DNA of 64,000 bases from an uncultured Verrucomicrobiae bacterium (GTDB lineage: Bacteria > Verrucomicrobiota > Verrucomicrobiia > Chthoniobacterales > UBA10450): NCBI GenBank assembly GCA_963726745.1, contig CAVSDR010000006.1, positions 971,159 through 1,035,158 on the forward strand. Direction: 5' to 3'. The notes under the pieces are model-generated. The model searched no databases and had not been told where the DNA came from. It was given only the letters and a program-made list of their open reading frames with translations. Made by a program: the position numbers and the translations under genes. Positions within the stretch are counted from its first letter, which is position 1. Each line of letters starts with the position of its first letter. This document shows, piece by piece, positions 42,095 through 51,778 of the stretch.

Positions 42095-42896
42095 ATGCAG
42101 TGGTTCATCGGGATCAACGAAGGCTGCCCGGCCTGGAAGCAGTATGCCGACATGGCCAAGGTGGCGATCCACACCGCCCTCCGGCATACGCAGCTTGAGC
42201 CGCATTGCCTTTACGATGGCGGCGAGAATGACTTCACCGCCTGGCTCCGGCGGCGCGGCGTGCGGATTATCCCGTGCGAGAGTTTCCTCCGTCCGGAGCT
42301 GGCGCAACTGGCCGACCGGATGGGCAATCCCGAGCTCCTGCCGGCAACGCGCGGGGTCTTCCTCCGGGTGGAATTGCCCTCGCTGCAGGAGCGCCTGGGC
42401 CTCGACGACCGCGTGCTTTACACCGATTGCGACGTGATCTTTCGCCGCGACGTGGCCGAGATCTTGTCGGCTAACGAGTGCAAGTATTTCGCGGTCGCAG
42501 TCGAGTCGGACCGCACTTTAGCCGACGACATGAACTCGGGAGTGATGTGGATGAATCTCCCGGCGATGCGCGCGCGCGACGCGGAGTTTCGCGCGTATCT
42601 CCGGGAGAACATCGACGCGCTCCCGGCGATGAGTTGGGATCAGGGCGGCTACCGGAATTTCTACCGCTCGGCGGAAGGCCGGCCGCTCTGGGACACGCTC
42701 TCGCCGGAAATGAACTGGAAGCCGGTACTGGGGCGACGAGGCTTCGGCGCGAATCGTGCATTTCCACGGGCCGAAGCCGTTCCAGCAGCCTTACATCGAC
42801 TCGCACTACCAGGAGTTGAAGTTCCTCACCGGCGGCGCCTATGCGGAGGTTTGCGCGGAGTGGGCTGAGCTCCTGCGCGAGGCCGACGCGGCCTAA
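42095..42896 (+). CDS. GT8-like glycosyltransferase (apparent frameshift near 42724)
   Basis: VLYTDCDVIF, MNSGVM, WDQG, MNWKP|YWG...IVHFHGPKP ending at TAA 42896. Confidence 0.8.
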
Positions 42897-42902
42897 CGAG
42901 CG

Positions 42903-43925
42903 CTACTTTTCCGCAACCGCGAAAAGATGCAGGTGCACCGGGATGCCTTCCGGCATCCTTAGGGGATGCGGCGCGTAGCTGGTGACTTCCACCGTTCGAA
43001 AATGCCGCTGGAGAAGGGCGCGCAAGCTTGCGCGGGTGAAGAAGTTTTTGTGATCCGCCTCGAGCAAATGCCACGGCACCACCTGCCAGGCGCTGAAGTA
43101 GGGAATGACCTCGAGATTCGGGACCGAGAAGAGCGCCCGGCGGCGGATGGAACGCGCGATCTCGCCGAGAAAAACCTCCGGCGCAGCGATGTGCTCCAGC
43201 ACTTCCACGCAGATGGCGTCGTCAAATTCCCCGTCCGCACAGGGCAGATGGGCGCCTTCGACTTTGCGAAAGGGCAACCCGCGCCGCTCGAGTCGCGCCC
43301 AGCAATCCGGCGTCACCTCAAGGCCAGTCCACGCATGGCCCGCGGCGAGCAGCGCCGGTCCATACGCGCCTGCGCCGCAGCCGACGTCGAGCACGGAACC
43401 GCCCGCGGGGAGATGTTGTTCGAGCAACGAAAGCGTTTCGCCACCCGGCGTTTCCACCGGCGGACCGGAACCGTAAATGCGGTCGCGCGGAAGCACCTCC
43501 TCTTGCTCGGGGTGAACCACGTCGCCATAGGGGCGCGTCTCCAGTTGCGCGGAAACGAGCGTCACCTCCGCAGTCGCCATCTTGCTGGCTAAATTTTCCC
43601 CAGGCCACTCGGCGGTCACGGTGAGCTCCGCGGTTTCTGCCGGTCCCGCGGCGCGCGCCAGGATGCGGAAGCCAGTCGGCGTGTCCGCGGGCAATTGCAT
43701 CGCCGCGCAAACATCCGGCCTAACGAACAGTAGCCGCGTCTCCCCCACGCACGCGCCGTTGACCCAGGCGCGCACCAGGCAGGCAGCGGGATCGCGCTCC
43801 GGCGCCCAGAGCCAGCCGCTGAGCAGGAACGCTTCCGCGAAGAGCTTCTCGCCGGCGCGCGGTTCATCGAGGTAAGCCGTGGCCCCCTCGAGCATCGGCC
43901 AGGATGGGAGCGCGGCATCGGGCAT
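42903..43925 (-). CDS. class I SAM-dependent methyltransferase with N-terminal extra domain
   Basis: VLDVGCGAG, EVLEHI, FSVPN, HKNFFT. Confidence 0.85.
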   Translation of the reverse strand: MPDAALPSWPMLEGATAYLDEPRAGEKLFAEAFLLSGWLWAPERDPAACLVRAWVNGACVGETRLLFVRPDVCAAMQLPADTPTGFRILARAAGPAETAELTVTAEWPGENLASKMATAEVTLVSAQLETRPYGDVVHPEQEEVLPRDRIYGSGPPVETPGGETLSLLEQHLPAGGSVLDVGCGAGAYGPALLAAGHAWTGLEVTPDCWARLERRGLPFRKVEGAHLPCADGEFDDAICVEVLEHIAAPEVFLGEIARSIRRRALFSVPNLEVIPYFSAWQVVPWHLLEADHKNFFTRASLRALLQRHFRTVEVTSYAPHPLRMPEGIPVHLHLFAVAEK

Positions 43926-44077
43926 GGAGCGACAGTTAAAGCCTCGTCGGCCCGCACGCGACGCGATTTTCCGGAAACTTCCTCGGGAAAACTCTGGAAT
44001 TCACGCGCTTGAAGTCTTATATCCCTGCACGGGCAGCCCGGCGCCGATTCGCGCCTCGGTTCCCGTAAATCCACCCC

Positions 44078-44701
44078 ATGGCCGAACGAATCCGACCGAT
44101 CGAACAGATGCTCGAACTTAACGAAGGCGAAGCCGGTTCCACGGAGCATCTCGACTCGCAGGTCCAGAAGGCGCAGGAGCAATTGCTCGTGCTCAAGCGC
44201 CAGCAGGAGCAGATCGAGAAACAAAAGCGCGAGCTCGAGGAATTGAGCCGCCGCCAGGAAGAGCTGGAGCGCGGCCGCGCGGAAATGACCGACAAGCTCA
44301 CGCGCTCGCTCGTCGTCCTGGAGCGCGAAGCCTATGACTCGCAGAAGAAGCTCGAGCAGATTCGCGCGACCCGCGAGAGCTTCGAGCAACACCTCGAACT
44401 GCTCGAGGCGATCGATCCGAAGAGCTGGAACCAGGCGGACCTGCACAAGGAATTAAGTCGCTCCCTAAGCACGGTGGACGATGCGCGCACCGAGTTTAGC
44501 CAGCAACGCAGCCGCCTCTCCGCGACCACGAGCGACGACCATGGCGAAGTGGCGCTCCCAGACGCGGCCTCCGACTCCTCGTTAGGCGGGAGCAACAATT
44601 TCGTCCAGTGGATGCAGATCGGTTTTGCCTTCACCTTGCCGCTGATCGTCCTCGGGCTGATCGCGCTCCTGCTCGTCTTCCTCCTCGTCCCGCGCGCCTA
44701 A
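44078..44701 (+). CDS. coiled-coil protein with C-terminal TM anchor
   Basis: Long E/Q/K/R heptad region; C-terminal GFAFTLPLIVLGLIALLLVFLL. Confidence 0.8.
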   Translation: MAERIRPIEQMLELNEGEAGSTEHLDSQVQKAQEQLLVLKRQQEQIEKQKRELEELSRRQEELERGRAEMTDKLTRSLVVLEREAYDSQKKLEQIRATRESFEQHLELLEAIDPKSWNQADLHKELSRSLSTVDDARTEFSQQRSRLSATTSDDHGEVALPDAASDSSLGGSNNFVQWMQIGFAFTLPLIVLGLIALLLVFLLVPRA

Positions 44702-44704
44702 TCG

Positions 44705-45070
44705 ATGCCCCGCCGACCTTCCAAAAGCGGAACTCCGCTGACCGCCAAGCAGGAAGAGCTGGCCCGGCGCGAGCAAAAGCTGCGCGATGAAATGCAGCAG
44801 CTCGAGCGCGAGATCGCCGAGGCCCCGAAGCGCGCCGCGGAAAAGTCCCGCCGCCAGCGCGAGCAAATACACGAGCGCGCGAGCGCCGGCGGCAGCCGGC
44901 TGGATGTCTCGATCGCGCTAAACGACAAACGCTTTCTCGATGGCGGCCGCTACAGCGGCAAGCGCGGTGCCTTGCGCAAGGAACGTCGCGAAGGCCGCTT
45001 CGTTTTCCTGGTGCTGGTGATCGCGCTGGTGGTCGCGGTGCTGTGGTTGATGAGCAACCTGCGCTTCTAG
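44705..45070 (+). CDS. small coiled-coil protein with C-terminal TM anchor
   Basis: Charged helix; FVFLVLVIALVVAVLWLM. Confidence 0.75.
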   Translation: MPRRPSKSGTPLTAKQEELARREQKLRDEMQQLEREIAEAPKRAAEKSRRQREQIHERASAGGSRLDVSIALNDKRFLDGGRYSGKRGALRKERREGRFVFLVLVIALVVAVLWLMSNLRF

Positions 45071-45078
45071 CGCGCACC

Positions 45079-45360
45079 ATGGCCGACTTCGACGTGGCCG
45101 ACGTCGCGCGTCTCGCGCGCCTGCAGCTGACCCCGGAGGAGACGGCGCTTTTCCAGGGACAACTCGCGCGCGTCCTGCGCTACGCCGACGAGCTGGCGGG
45201 GATCGACGTGACCGGCGTGGAAGCGGCGGCTCATTCCATTCCAATGTTTGATGTCACCCGCGCGGACGAAGCACGGCCGGGCTTCAGCGCGGAGGAAGCG
45301 CTGGCTAATGCGCCGCGGCAGGCGAACCACCTTTTCCTGGTGACCAAGGTGGTCGAATGA
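45079..45360 (+). CDS. gatC: Asp/Glu-tRNA amidotransferase subunit C
   Basis: VARLARLQL...RADE...ALANAP...FLVTKV. Confidence 0.92.
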   Translation: MADFDVADVARLARLQLTPEETALFQGQLARVLRYADELAGIDVTGVEAAAHSIPMFDVTRADEARPGFSAEEALANAPRQANHLFLVTKVVE

Positions 45361-46792
45361 CGCCATCGATCGCGGAAGCGCGCGCACTTCTGCAGGCGGG
45401 CGAAGTTTCCTCGCGCGAATTGCTCGAGACGCTGCATGCGCGGATCGAGGAACTCGATCCCCAGCTCGGTGCTTATCTTTCGCGCGACCTGCCCGCGGCG
45501 CTTCGCGAGGCGGAGCGCGCCGATCTTAGCCAGCCACTTGGCGGCGTGCCGATCGCGCTCAAGGACAACCTCAATCTCCAGGGCCAGCCCTGCACTTGCG
45601 CCTCGCGCATGCTGGCAAATTTCCAATCGCCCTACGACGCCACGGTTGTGCAAAAGCTCCGCACGGCGGGCGCGATCCCTTTCGGCAAAACCAATCTCGA
45701 CGAGTTTGCGATGGGTTCCTCGACCGAGAACTCGAGCGTGCGCCCGACGTTGAATCCGTGGGATCGCACTCGCGTGGCCGGCGGCTCGAGCGGCGGTTCG
45801 GCGGTCGCAGTCGCGGCGGGGCTGGCGATTGGCTGCGCTCGGCACGGACACCGGAGGCTCGGTGCGACAGCCGGCGGCCTTTAACGGCATCGTCGGCCTG
45901 AAGCCAACCTACGGCCGCGTCTCGCGTTACGGCGTGGTCGCTTACGCTTCTTCGCTCGACCAGGTGGGACCGATGACGCGCGACGTGCGCGATGCCGCGC
46001 TCGTGCTGAACGCGATTGCCGGACACGATCCGCACGATTCTACTTCGCTGCGGGAAACAGCCGGCGACTTCACCGCGCTCCTCGGCCGCGATTTGCAGGG
46101 CGTGCGCCTGGGCGTGGCCCGCGAGCATGCGCAACCCGGGACCGATCCGCAGGTGCAGGCGGCGGTGGAGGCCGCGGCGCGGCAATTGGAGTCGTTAGGC
46201 GCGGAGCTCGTGGAAATTTCCCTGCCGCATACCGAGGTCGACGGTGGCGACCTATTACCTCCTCGCGACCGCCGAGGCGTCGGCTAATCTCGCGCGCTAC
46301 GATGGCGTGCGTTACGGCCATCGCGCGGAGCAGCCGCGCGATCTCCTGGAGCATTACACGCGCACGCGCGCGGAAGGGTTCGGCGCGGAAGTGAAGCGCC
46401 GCATTCTCCTCGGCACCTATGTGCTCAGCGCCGGCTATTACGACGCCTACTACCTGCGCGCGCAAAAGGTGCGCACGCTCATCCGGCAGGATTTCGCGCG
46501 CGCCTTCGAGCAGGTGGATGCGATCCTCTCGCCGACTTCGCCGGTCCCGGCGTTCAAGCTCGGGGCGCACACGGCCGATCCGCTGCAGCTTTATTTAGCC
46601 GACATTTTCACCGTGCCGGCGAATCTCACCGGGCTGCCCGCGCTGAGCGTGCCGTGCGGTTTCGCGGAAGTGGAGGGAGCGCGCCTGCCGATCGGCCTGC
46701 AACTTATGGGGGACGCGCTCGACGAAGCGCGCCTCTTGCAAATCGCCTACGCCTACGAACAAGCGACGGATTGGCATCGCGCCCGGCCATGA
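45357..46792 (+). CDS. gatA: Asp/Glu-tRNA amidotransferase subunit A (apparent frameshifts near 45830 and 46240)
   Basis: [57 protein letters not shown]. Confidence 0.93.
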
Positions 46793-48039
46793 GGAGCCCG
46801 CGTCATTTCCGGCTGCTCGCGGCGCTCTTCGCGCTCGTGGTCATGACCTTTTCCGCGATCGCAATTGCGAATGCGCTCCTGCCCGGAAAGACGATCAAGG
46901 ACTACGAGCTCTGGCATGCCACCGGCCAGCAGATGCTCCACGGCGAGGCGATCTACCCGGAGAAACGCGGCGCGAAATTCGACTTCATGTATCCGCCGGC
47001 CGCAGCCGCGTTGCTCGCGCCGGTGAGCTTGCTCGGGCGCACCGGTGTGGTCGTGGCGTTGGCGGCGATCACAGCAGCCGCGTGGCTTGCGAGCATCCTG
47101 CTCTCGGTGCGCCTGGCGACAGGCAAATGGGGGCGGCAACACTTCCTGCTCTACGCGCTCCCGAGCCTGCTCGTGATCGTTTACGTCTGGAGCAATTTCC
47201 ACATCGGCCAGCCGAGCCTCGTGCTCCTCGCGCTGCTGCTGGGCGCGTTTCTCGCGCTGCAAACTTGCCGGCAAATTTTAGCCGGCGCGCTCATCGCGCT
47301 CGCCGCGGGGATCAAGGCCTTCCCGTTTGTCGCGATCGTTTATCTGCTTTATCGCCGCTACTGGATCGCGGCTGCCTCGCTCCTGCTCGCGCTCGTGCTG
47401 CTGCTTTTCGCGTTGCCCGCGGCCTTCCGCGGAATCGATGGCGCGCGCGCCGATCTTGTCCGCTGGACCGAGGGGATGCTCTTGAAATACGACGAGAAAG
47501 GCGTGGCCCAGCGCCCGGGCCGGAGCAATTCCTGGAAGAACCAAAGCATCTTCGGCGTGGCCAATCGCCTCCTGCGGCACATCGATGCGGACGAGCAATA
47601 CAACCGCCACGTGCCGATCTACGTGAACCTGGCCGACCTGAGTTTCACCGCGGTGAACCGCATCGTCGTTGGCACCGGTTTGCTTCTTGGACTGGTCTAT
47701 CTCGCGGTCATGCCGCGACGCGATCGGCGCACCCGCGAGAGCGATGCGCTGGAGTTTGCGCTCTTCCTGCTGCTCCTGCTCATGTTCACGCCGCTGGCCT
47801 TTGGTTACCTCTTCGCGACACTGCTTTATCCGTTTACCGTAGTCGTGGCGCGCCTGCTCGCGCGGCCGCAGCGTTCGCTCTGGATCGCCGCAGGAATTGC
47901 CGTCGCGCTGCTCGCGCTCACGCTGCCCTTCCAGCGCGGGGCGCAACTTTACGGGAACACCTTCCTCGCCACGCTCACCCTTTTCCTCGGCCTGGCTTGG
48001 GAGCTTTGGCGGCTGAAGCGCACCCCGCCCGCGGCCTAA
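46789..48039 (+). CDS. GT87/DUF2029 membrane glycosyltransferase (GT-C)
   Basis: FMYPP, GQPS, IKAFP, NQS, many TM helices. Confidence 0.85.
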   Translation: MRSPRHFRLLAALFALVVMTFSAIAIANALLPGKTIKDYELWHATGQQMLHGEAIYPEKRGAKFDFMYPPAAAALLAPVSLLGRTGVVVALAAITAAAWLASILLSVRLATGKWGRQHFLLYALPSLLVIVYVWSNFHIGQPSLVLLALLLGAFLALQTCRQILAGALIALAAGIKAFPFVAIVYLLYRRYWIAAASLLLALVLLLFALPAAFRGIDGARADLVRWTEGMLLKYDEKGVAQRPGRSNSWKNQSIFGVANRLLRHIDADEQYNRHVPIYVNLADLSFTAVNRIVVGTGLLLGLVYLAVMPRRDRRTRESDALEFALFLLLLLMFTPLAFGYLFATLLYPFTVVVARLLARPQRSLWIAAGIAVALLALTLPFQRGAQLYGNTFLATLTLFLGLAWELWRLKRTPPAA

Positions 48040-48746
48040 CGACTCCGCCGCCGGAAGACTGCCGCGAGCCAGCGGAGCGCGAAGATCGCGGCCACCCGGA
48101 AGCTCATCTTCGAGGCCCCGCGCGCGCGGTCGCGGAAAGCGATTGGGATTTCGATTACGCGCAGCTTGGGCCGGCCATGGACGATGATCTCGAAGGCTAT
48201 TTTGAAACCGGTCGCGGCGGAGGCGAGTGCGAGGAGCGACTCGCGCCGGATGGCGAAGAAGCCACACATGGAATCGTGCACGCCGGTCAGCGGGTAAGCC
48301 ATACCGGCGGCCACGCGCGACATCGCCCGCCGAGGCAACGGCCAGCCTGGCGTGGTCCCGCCGCGGACATAGCGGCTGCCGATAACCATGTCCGCGCGGG
48401 CTTCGGTGATTGGTCGGATTAACTCCGGGATGCGCTCCGGCGGATGGCTCAAGTCGGCATCCATGACCACGAGCAAGTCGCCGCTCGCAGCCTTTGCCCC
48501 GGCGATGACCGCGCCAGCCAAGCCGAGCGTGGGCGCGTGGCGCTCGAGCAAGCGCACGGCGTGCGCCGCTCCCAGGGCGCGGACGCGGGCTTGCGTGCCG
48601 TCAGTTGAGCCATCGTCGACCACGATGATCTCGCGGCAGTCCGGCATCGCCTGGAGAATTTGCCTAACGAGCGGTTTGACGTTCTCCGCCTCGTTCAAGG
48701 TCGGCACGATGACCGAGAGCGTTTGCGCGGCGATAGGAGGCGGCAC
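48036..48746 (-). CDS. polyprenol-phosphate mannose synthase (DPM1/Ppm1-like GT2)
   Basis: SVIVPTLNEAEN, VDDGSTDGT, MDADLSHPP, GSRY, FRDRARGASK. Confidence 0.9.
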   Translation of the reverse strand: MPPPIAAQTLSVIVPTLNEAENVKPLVRQILQAMPDCREIIVVDDGSTDGTQARVRALGAAHAVRLLERHAPTLGLAGAVIAGAKAASGDLLVVMDADLSHPPERIPELIRPITEARADMVIGSRYVRGGTTPGWPLPRRAMSRVAAGMAYPLTGVHDSMCGFFAIRRESLLALASAATGFKIAFEIIVHGRPKLRVIEIPIAFRDRARGASKMSFRVAAIFALRWLAAVFRRRSR

Positions 48747-48754
48747 AGTAAGCG

Positions 48755-48827
48755 AGCCGAAGACGGGACTCGAACCCGTGACCTGCTGATTACGAATCAG
48801 CTGCTCTACCAACTGAGCTACTTCGGC
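48755..48827 (-). tRNA. tRNA-Thr(CGT), CCA not encoded
   Basis: GCCGAAGTAGCTCAGTTGGTAGAGCAGCTGATTCGTAATCAGCAGGTCACGGGTTCGAGTCCCGTCTTCGGCT; cloverleaf, anticodon loop TTCGTAA. Confidence 0.97.
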
Positions 48828-48897
48828 GAATGCGGGAGCCGAAGATGGCACCCACGGCAGAGACGGGCAAGCGGAAGCTCGCCTGCCAGCTCGCTGT

Positions 48898-49887
48898 CTA
48901 TTTCGGCAGCAACTCGCCCACGAGGCCTTGTTCTTCCTTCAACTCGGCGACGGAAGCGTCAATCTTCCCGCGGCTGAATTCGTCGAGCTTCACGCCTTGG
49001 ACGATCTCCCATTTGCCATCGGCCGTGGTGCGGATCGGGAAGGAAGCGATCAGGCCCTGCTCGATTCCGTAGCTGCCATCGGAGCAAACCGCGACGCTGT
49101 GCCAATCGCCCTGCGCCGTTGGGTTGGTGAGGCTGCGGACGGTGTCGATGATCGCGTTCGCGGCGGAACCGGCGGAGGAAAGGCCGCGCGCCTTGATGAT
49201 CGCCGCGCCGCGTTTCTGCACGTCGGGGATGAAGGTTTCCTTGAGCCAGCTCGCGTCCGTGATCACGTCGGTCGCCGGTTTGCCACCGATCTTGGCGTTG
49301 GTGAAATCAGGATACTGCGTGGCGGAATGATTGCCCCAGATGGTCATGTTCGTGACCTCGGTCACGTCCACGCCGGCCTTCTGCGCGAGCTGCGCCTTGG
49401 CGCGGTTTTCATCGAGCCGGGTCATGGCAAACCAGCGGTCGCCCGGGATGGAGCGGGCGTTGTTCATCGCGATCAGGCAATTGGTGTTGCAGGGATTCCC
49501 GATCACGAGGATGCGCACATCCTTGGCCGCGTTCGCCTCGATCGCCTGGCCCTGGCCGATGAAGATCTTGCCGTTGATCCCGAGCAGGTCGCCGCGTTCC
49601 ATCCCCGCTTTCCGCGGGACACTGCCGACGAGCAGGGCCCAATTCACGTCCTTGAAGCCTTCGTTCAGGTCGGAGGTGGCGACGATTCCCTTAAGCAGCG
49701 GGAAGGCGCAATCGTCCAGCTCCATGACCACGCCCTTGAGCGCGTCGAGCGCCGGCGGAATCTCGATCAAGTTCAACTGCACCGGCTGGTCGGGGCCGAA
49801 CATGGCGCCGGAAGCGACCCGGAAAAGGAGGGAGTAACCGATTTGCCCGGCAGCGCCGGTAATCGCGACTTTGATCGGAGATTTCAT
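48898..49887 (-). CDS. mdh: malate dehydrogenase
   Basis: [39 protein letters not shown]. Confidence 0.97.
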   Translation of the reverse strand: MKSPIKVAITGAAGQIGYSLLFRVASGAMFGPDQPVQLNLIEIPPALDALKGVVMELDDCAFPLLKGIVATSDLNEGFKDVNWALLVGSVPRKAGMERGDLLGINGKIFIGQGQAIEANAAKDVRILVIGNPCNTNCLIAMNNARSIPGDRWFAMTRLDENRAKAQLAQKAGVDVTEVTNMTIWGNHSATQYPDFTNAKIGGKPATDVITDASWLKETFIPDVQKRGAAIIKARGLSSAGSAANAIIDTVRSLTNPTAQGDWHSVAVCSDGSYGIEQGLIASFPIRTTADGKWEIVQGVKLDEFSRGKIDASVAELKEEQGLVGELLPK

Positions 49888-49896
49888 CTGACTTCT

Positions 49897-49992
49897 TTAG
49901 CCACGGATGGACCCGGATGAAACCCGGATTTTCGAAAGAAGAGCCCCTTCTGCCTTCCATCCGTGTTTCATCCGTGTTCGTCCGTGGCCTAA
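49897..49992. repeat. periodic inverted-repeat element (CGGAT x3 / (A/G)TCCGTG x3)
   Basis: GCCACGGATGGACCCGGATGAAACCCGGATT ... ATCCGTGTTTCATCCGTGTTCGTCCGTGGC; spacings mirrored 10/11 and 11/10. Confidence 0.8.
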
Positions 49993-51686
49993 ACTCTCCC
50001 GGTCTTCTCGAGGAGCGACCGCACTAGCTTCATCCGCTCCTTGAGCGCGCGGCGCGTGCGGAGGCGCTTCATGGTGAAGCGGAGGCGCTGGCTCCAGTTC
50101 GAATCGGCCGCGGTCCCGGGGACGTTGAAACGCTCGGTCCCGCCGAGCAGGTCGGTGATCATGACGATGGCCATCCAGGAATTGCTCCGGAAAAGGCCGC
50201 GCAAGCTTGCCGGGTAAAAGTCGCGCTCGTAGTCCGGCGTTCTCGCCGAGGGCTTCGATCCCCGCAAAGCGCGCGATCTTCTCGAGATCGCCGCGGGCTT
50301 GTTCGCGCGTCGGGCTTTCCGGATCGAAAGCTTCGTCCCACAGCGCGCGCATCGGCTTGTGATCGTGCGTAGCGTAGGTCGCGACCGAGAGCCGCTCGTA
50401 TTCCTCGCCCGGGGACGATCCGGCCATCCGGCGTGCTCTCCCACTGCGGAATCTTGAAGCCGGCTAATGCCTAACGACTGCAAGCTTGGCCGCACGTAAG
50501 GCGGCACCGTGCCGAGGTCCTCGCCCACGAGCCGCGTGCTCCCGGCGGCTTCCAGGGCCATGCGCAAATATTCTTCGCCCTCGCGGCGATTCGCCGCGGC
50601 GCGGTCCGGCGCTTCGTCATCGCGCGGTGCGAAGCCGGGGGCGCGGCCGCCGGTTTTTTCCAGCATCTCTTCGCACGACAACGGGAGAAACTCGGGATTC
50701 CGCTGCGGCCGCCAGGGGAAGGCGTAGATCCGGTAGAAGCCGAGCACGTGATCGATCCGGAAGACGTGAAAGATCCGCCGCACCCCGCGCACGCGCTGCC
50801 GCCACCAGGCGAAGTCATGCGCCCGCATTGCCTCCCAATTATACAGCGGGATGCCCCAGTTTTGCCCCCACTTCTGGGTGAACTCGTCGTCCTTGAAGTA
50901 AGGCTCCGGGGGCGCGCCGCCCGACCAATCGAGCTTAAAACGATCGGGCCAGGAGTAGACGTCGGCGCTGTAGTAGCTCACGCCAAAAGGGATGTCGCCC
51001 ATGAGTGCGACGCCACGCTCGTCGGCATAATTTTTCACTGCGATCCACTGGTCGTAGGCGAGCCATTGGACGTAGCGGAAAAATTGCGCGCGCTCCGCGA
51101 AACGCTCCTGCGCTGCGGCCGGCTCCGCTTTCAGCCAGGCATGCGCCGCTTCCACCGACTGGTGCTCTTCCCGCCAAAGATCCCAGGCTTCGCTCTCGCC
51201 GTTCTCCTCCATGAGCACGCGGAAAAAGACATAAGGCTCGAGCCAGGAGGCTTCCTTTTCGCAGAAAGCAGTGAAGCTCTCGGCGGCATCCGCGCGCCCT
51301 TGGAAACGGGCGAAAGCTTTCTCGAGCAAGGCGCGCTTGAGCTTCCGCACCTCCCGGTAGCTCACTGGTCCCGTGCGCAATTTAGCCAGCGAGATGGCGG
51401 CCAGAACCTCATCGTAATCCTCCTGCGTGAGGTCCTCTGGTGAGCCCGGGGCAAGATGTAAGGTCAGCGGCTCGATCGCAGTCGCGCTGATCGCATTGTA
51501 AGGGCTGTTGTCCCCGCCGGTTTCGTTGATCGGCAGGAGCTGCACGAGCTTGAACCCAATACTCGCGGCCCAGTCGACGAACTGCCGGAGCGCCGCGAGG
51601 TCGCCAATCCCGAGATCGTCCTCCGTGCGCAAGGCGAAGAGCGGAGTGAGCACGCCGGCTATTTTTTGGTCAGGGGAGAGGGTCAT
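49989..51686 (-). CDS. malQ: 4-alpha-glucanotransferase (compensating indels about 50250-50460)
   Basis: GIGD, QLLP, SPY, GDIPFGV, GAPP, QNWGIPLY, RIDHVLG, GEDLG; YATHD lies in an alternate frame. Confidence 0.92.
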   Translation of the reverse strand: MTLSPDQKIAGVLTPLFALRTEDDLGIGDLAALRQFVDWAASIGFKLVQLLPINETGGDNSPYNAISATAIEPLTLHLAPGSPEDLTQEDYDEVLAAISLAKLRTGPVSYREVRKLKRALLEKAFARFQGRADAAESFTAFCEKEASWLEPYVFFRVLMEENGESEAWDLWREEHQSVEAAHAWLKAEPAAAQERFAERAQFFRYVQWLAYDQWIAVKNYADERGVALMGDIPFGVSYYSADVYSWPDRFKLDWSGGAPPEPYFKDDEFTQKWGQNWGIPLYNWEAMRAHDFAWWRQRVRGVRRIFHVFRIDHVLGFYRIYAFPWRPQRNPEFLPLSCEEMLEKTGGRAPGFAPRDDEAPDRAAANRREGEEYLRMALEAAGSTRLVGEDLGTVPPYVRPSLQSLGISRLQDSAVGEHAGWPDRPRARNTSGSRSRPTLRTITSRCARCGTKLSIRKARRANKPAAISRRSRALRGSKPSARTPDYERDFYPASLRGLFRSNSWMAIVMITDLLGGTERFNVPGTAADSNWSQRLRFTMKRLRTRRALKERMKLVRSLLEKTGRV

Positions 51687-51690
51687 TTGG

Positions 51691-51775
51691 GTCCACAGAT
51701 TACGCAGATTTCACGGATTGTTTTACCAACAGATTCACCTCATAGAACTGCGCTCATCGGCGGGATCTGTGGGAC
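51691..51775. repeat. periodic inverted-repeat element (CACAGATT-type x3-4 / ATCTGTG-type x3)
   Basis: GTCCACAGATTACGCAGATTTCACGGATT ... AACTGCGCTCATCGGCGGGATCTGTGGGAC. Confidence 0.7.
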
Positions 51776-51778
51776 AAC

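Noticed and set aside
45357..46792. Programmed frameshifting or pseudogenisation of gatA, uvrA, uvrD
   Set aside because: No shared slippery heptamer or stimulatory structure seen; the breaks are scattered like long-read indel errors.
48755..48827. tRNA as an integration site
   Set aside because: No integrase and no duplicated tRNA 3' end found in the window.
48747..48851. N-terminal extension of the Ppm1-like ORF overlapping the tRNA
   Set aside because: It is just the translated tRNA-Thr; a GTG at 48746 is the plausible start.
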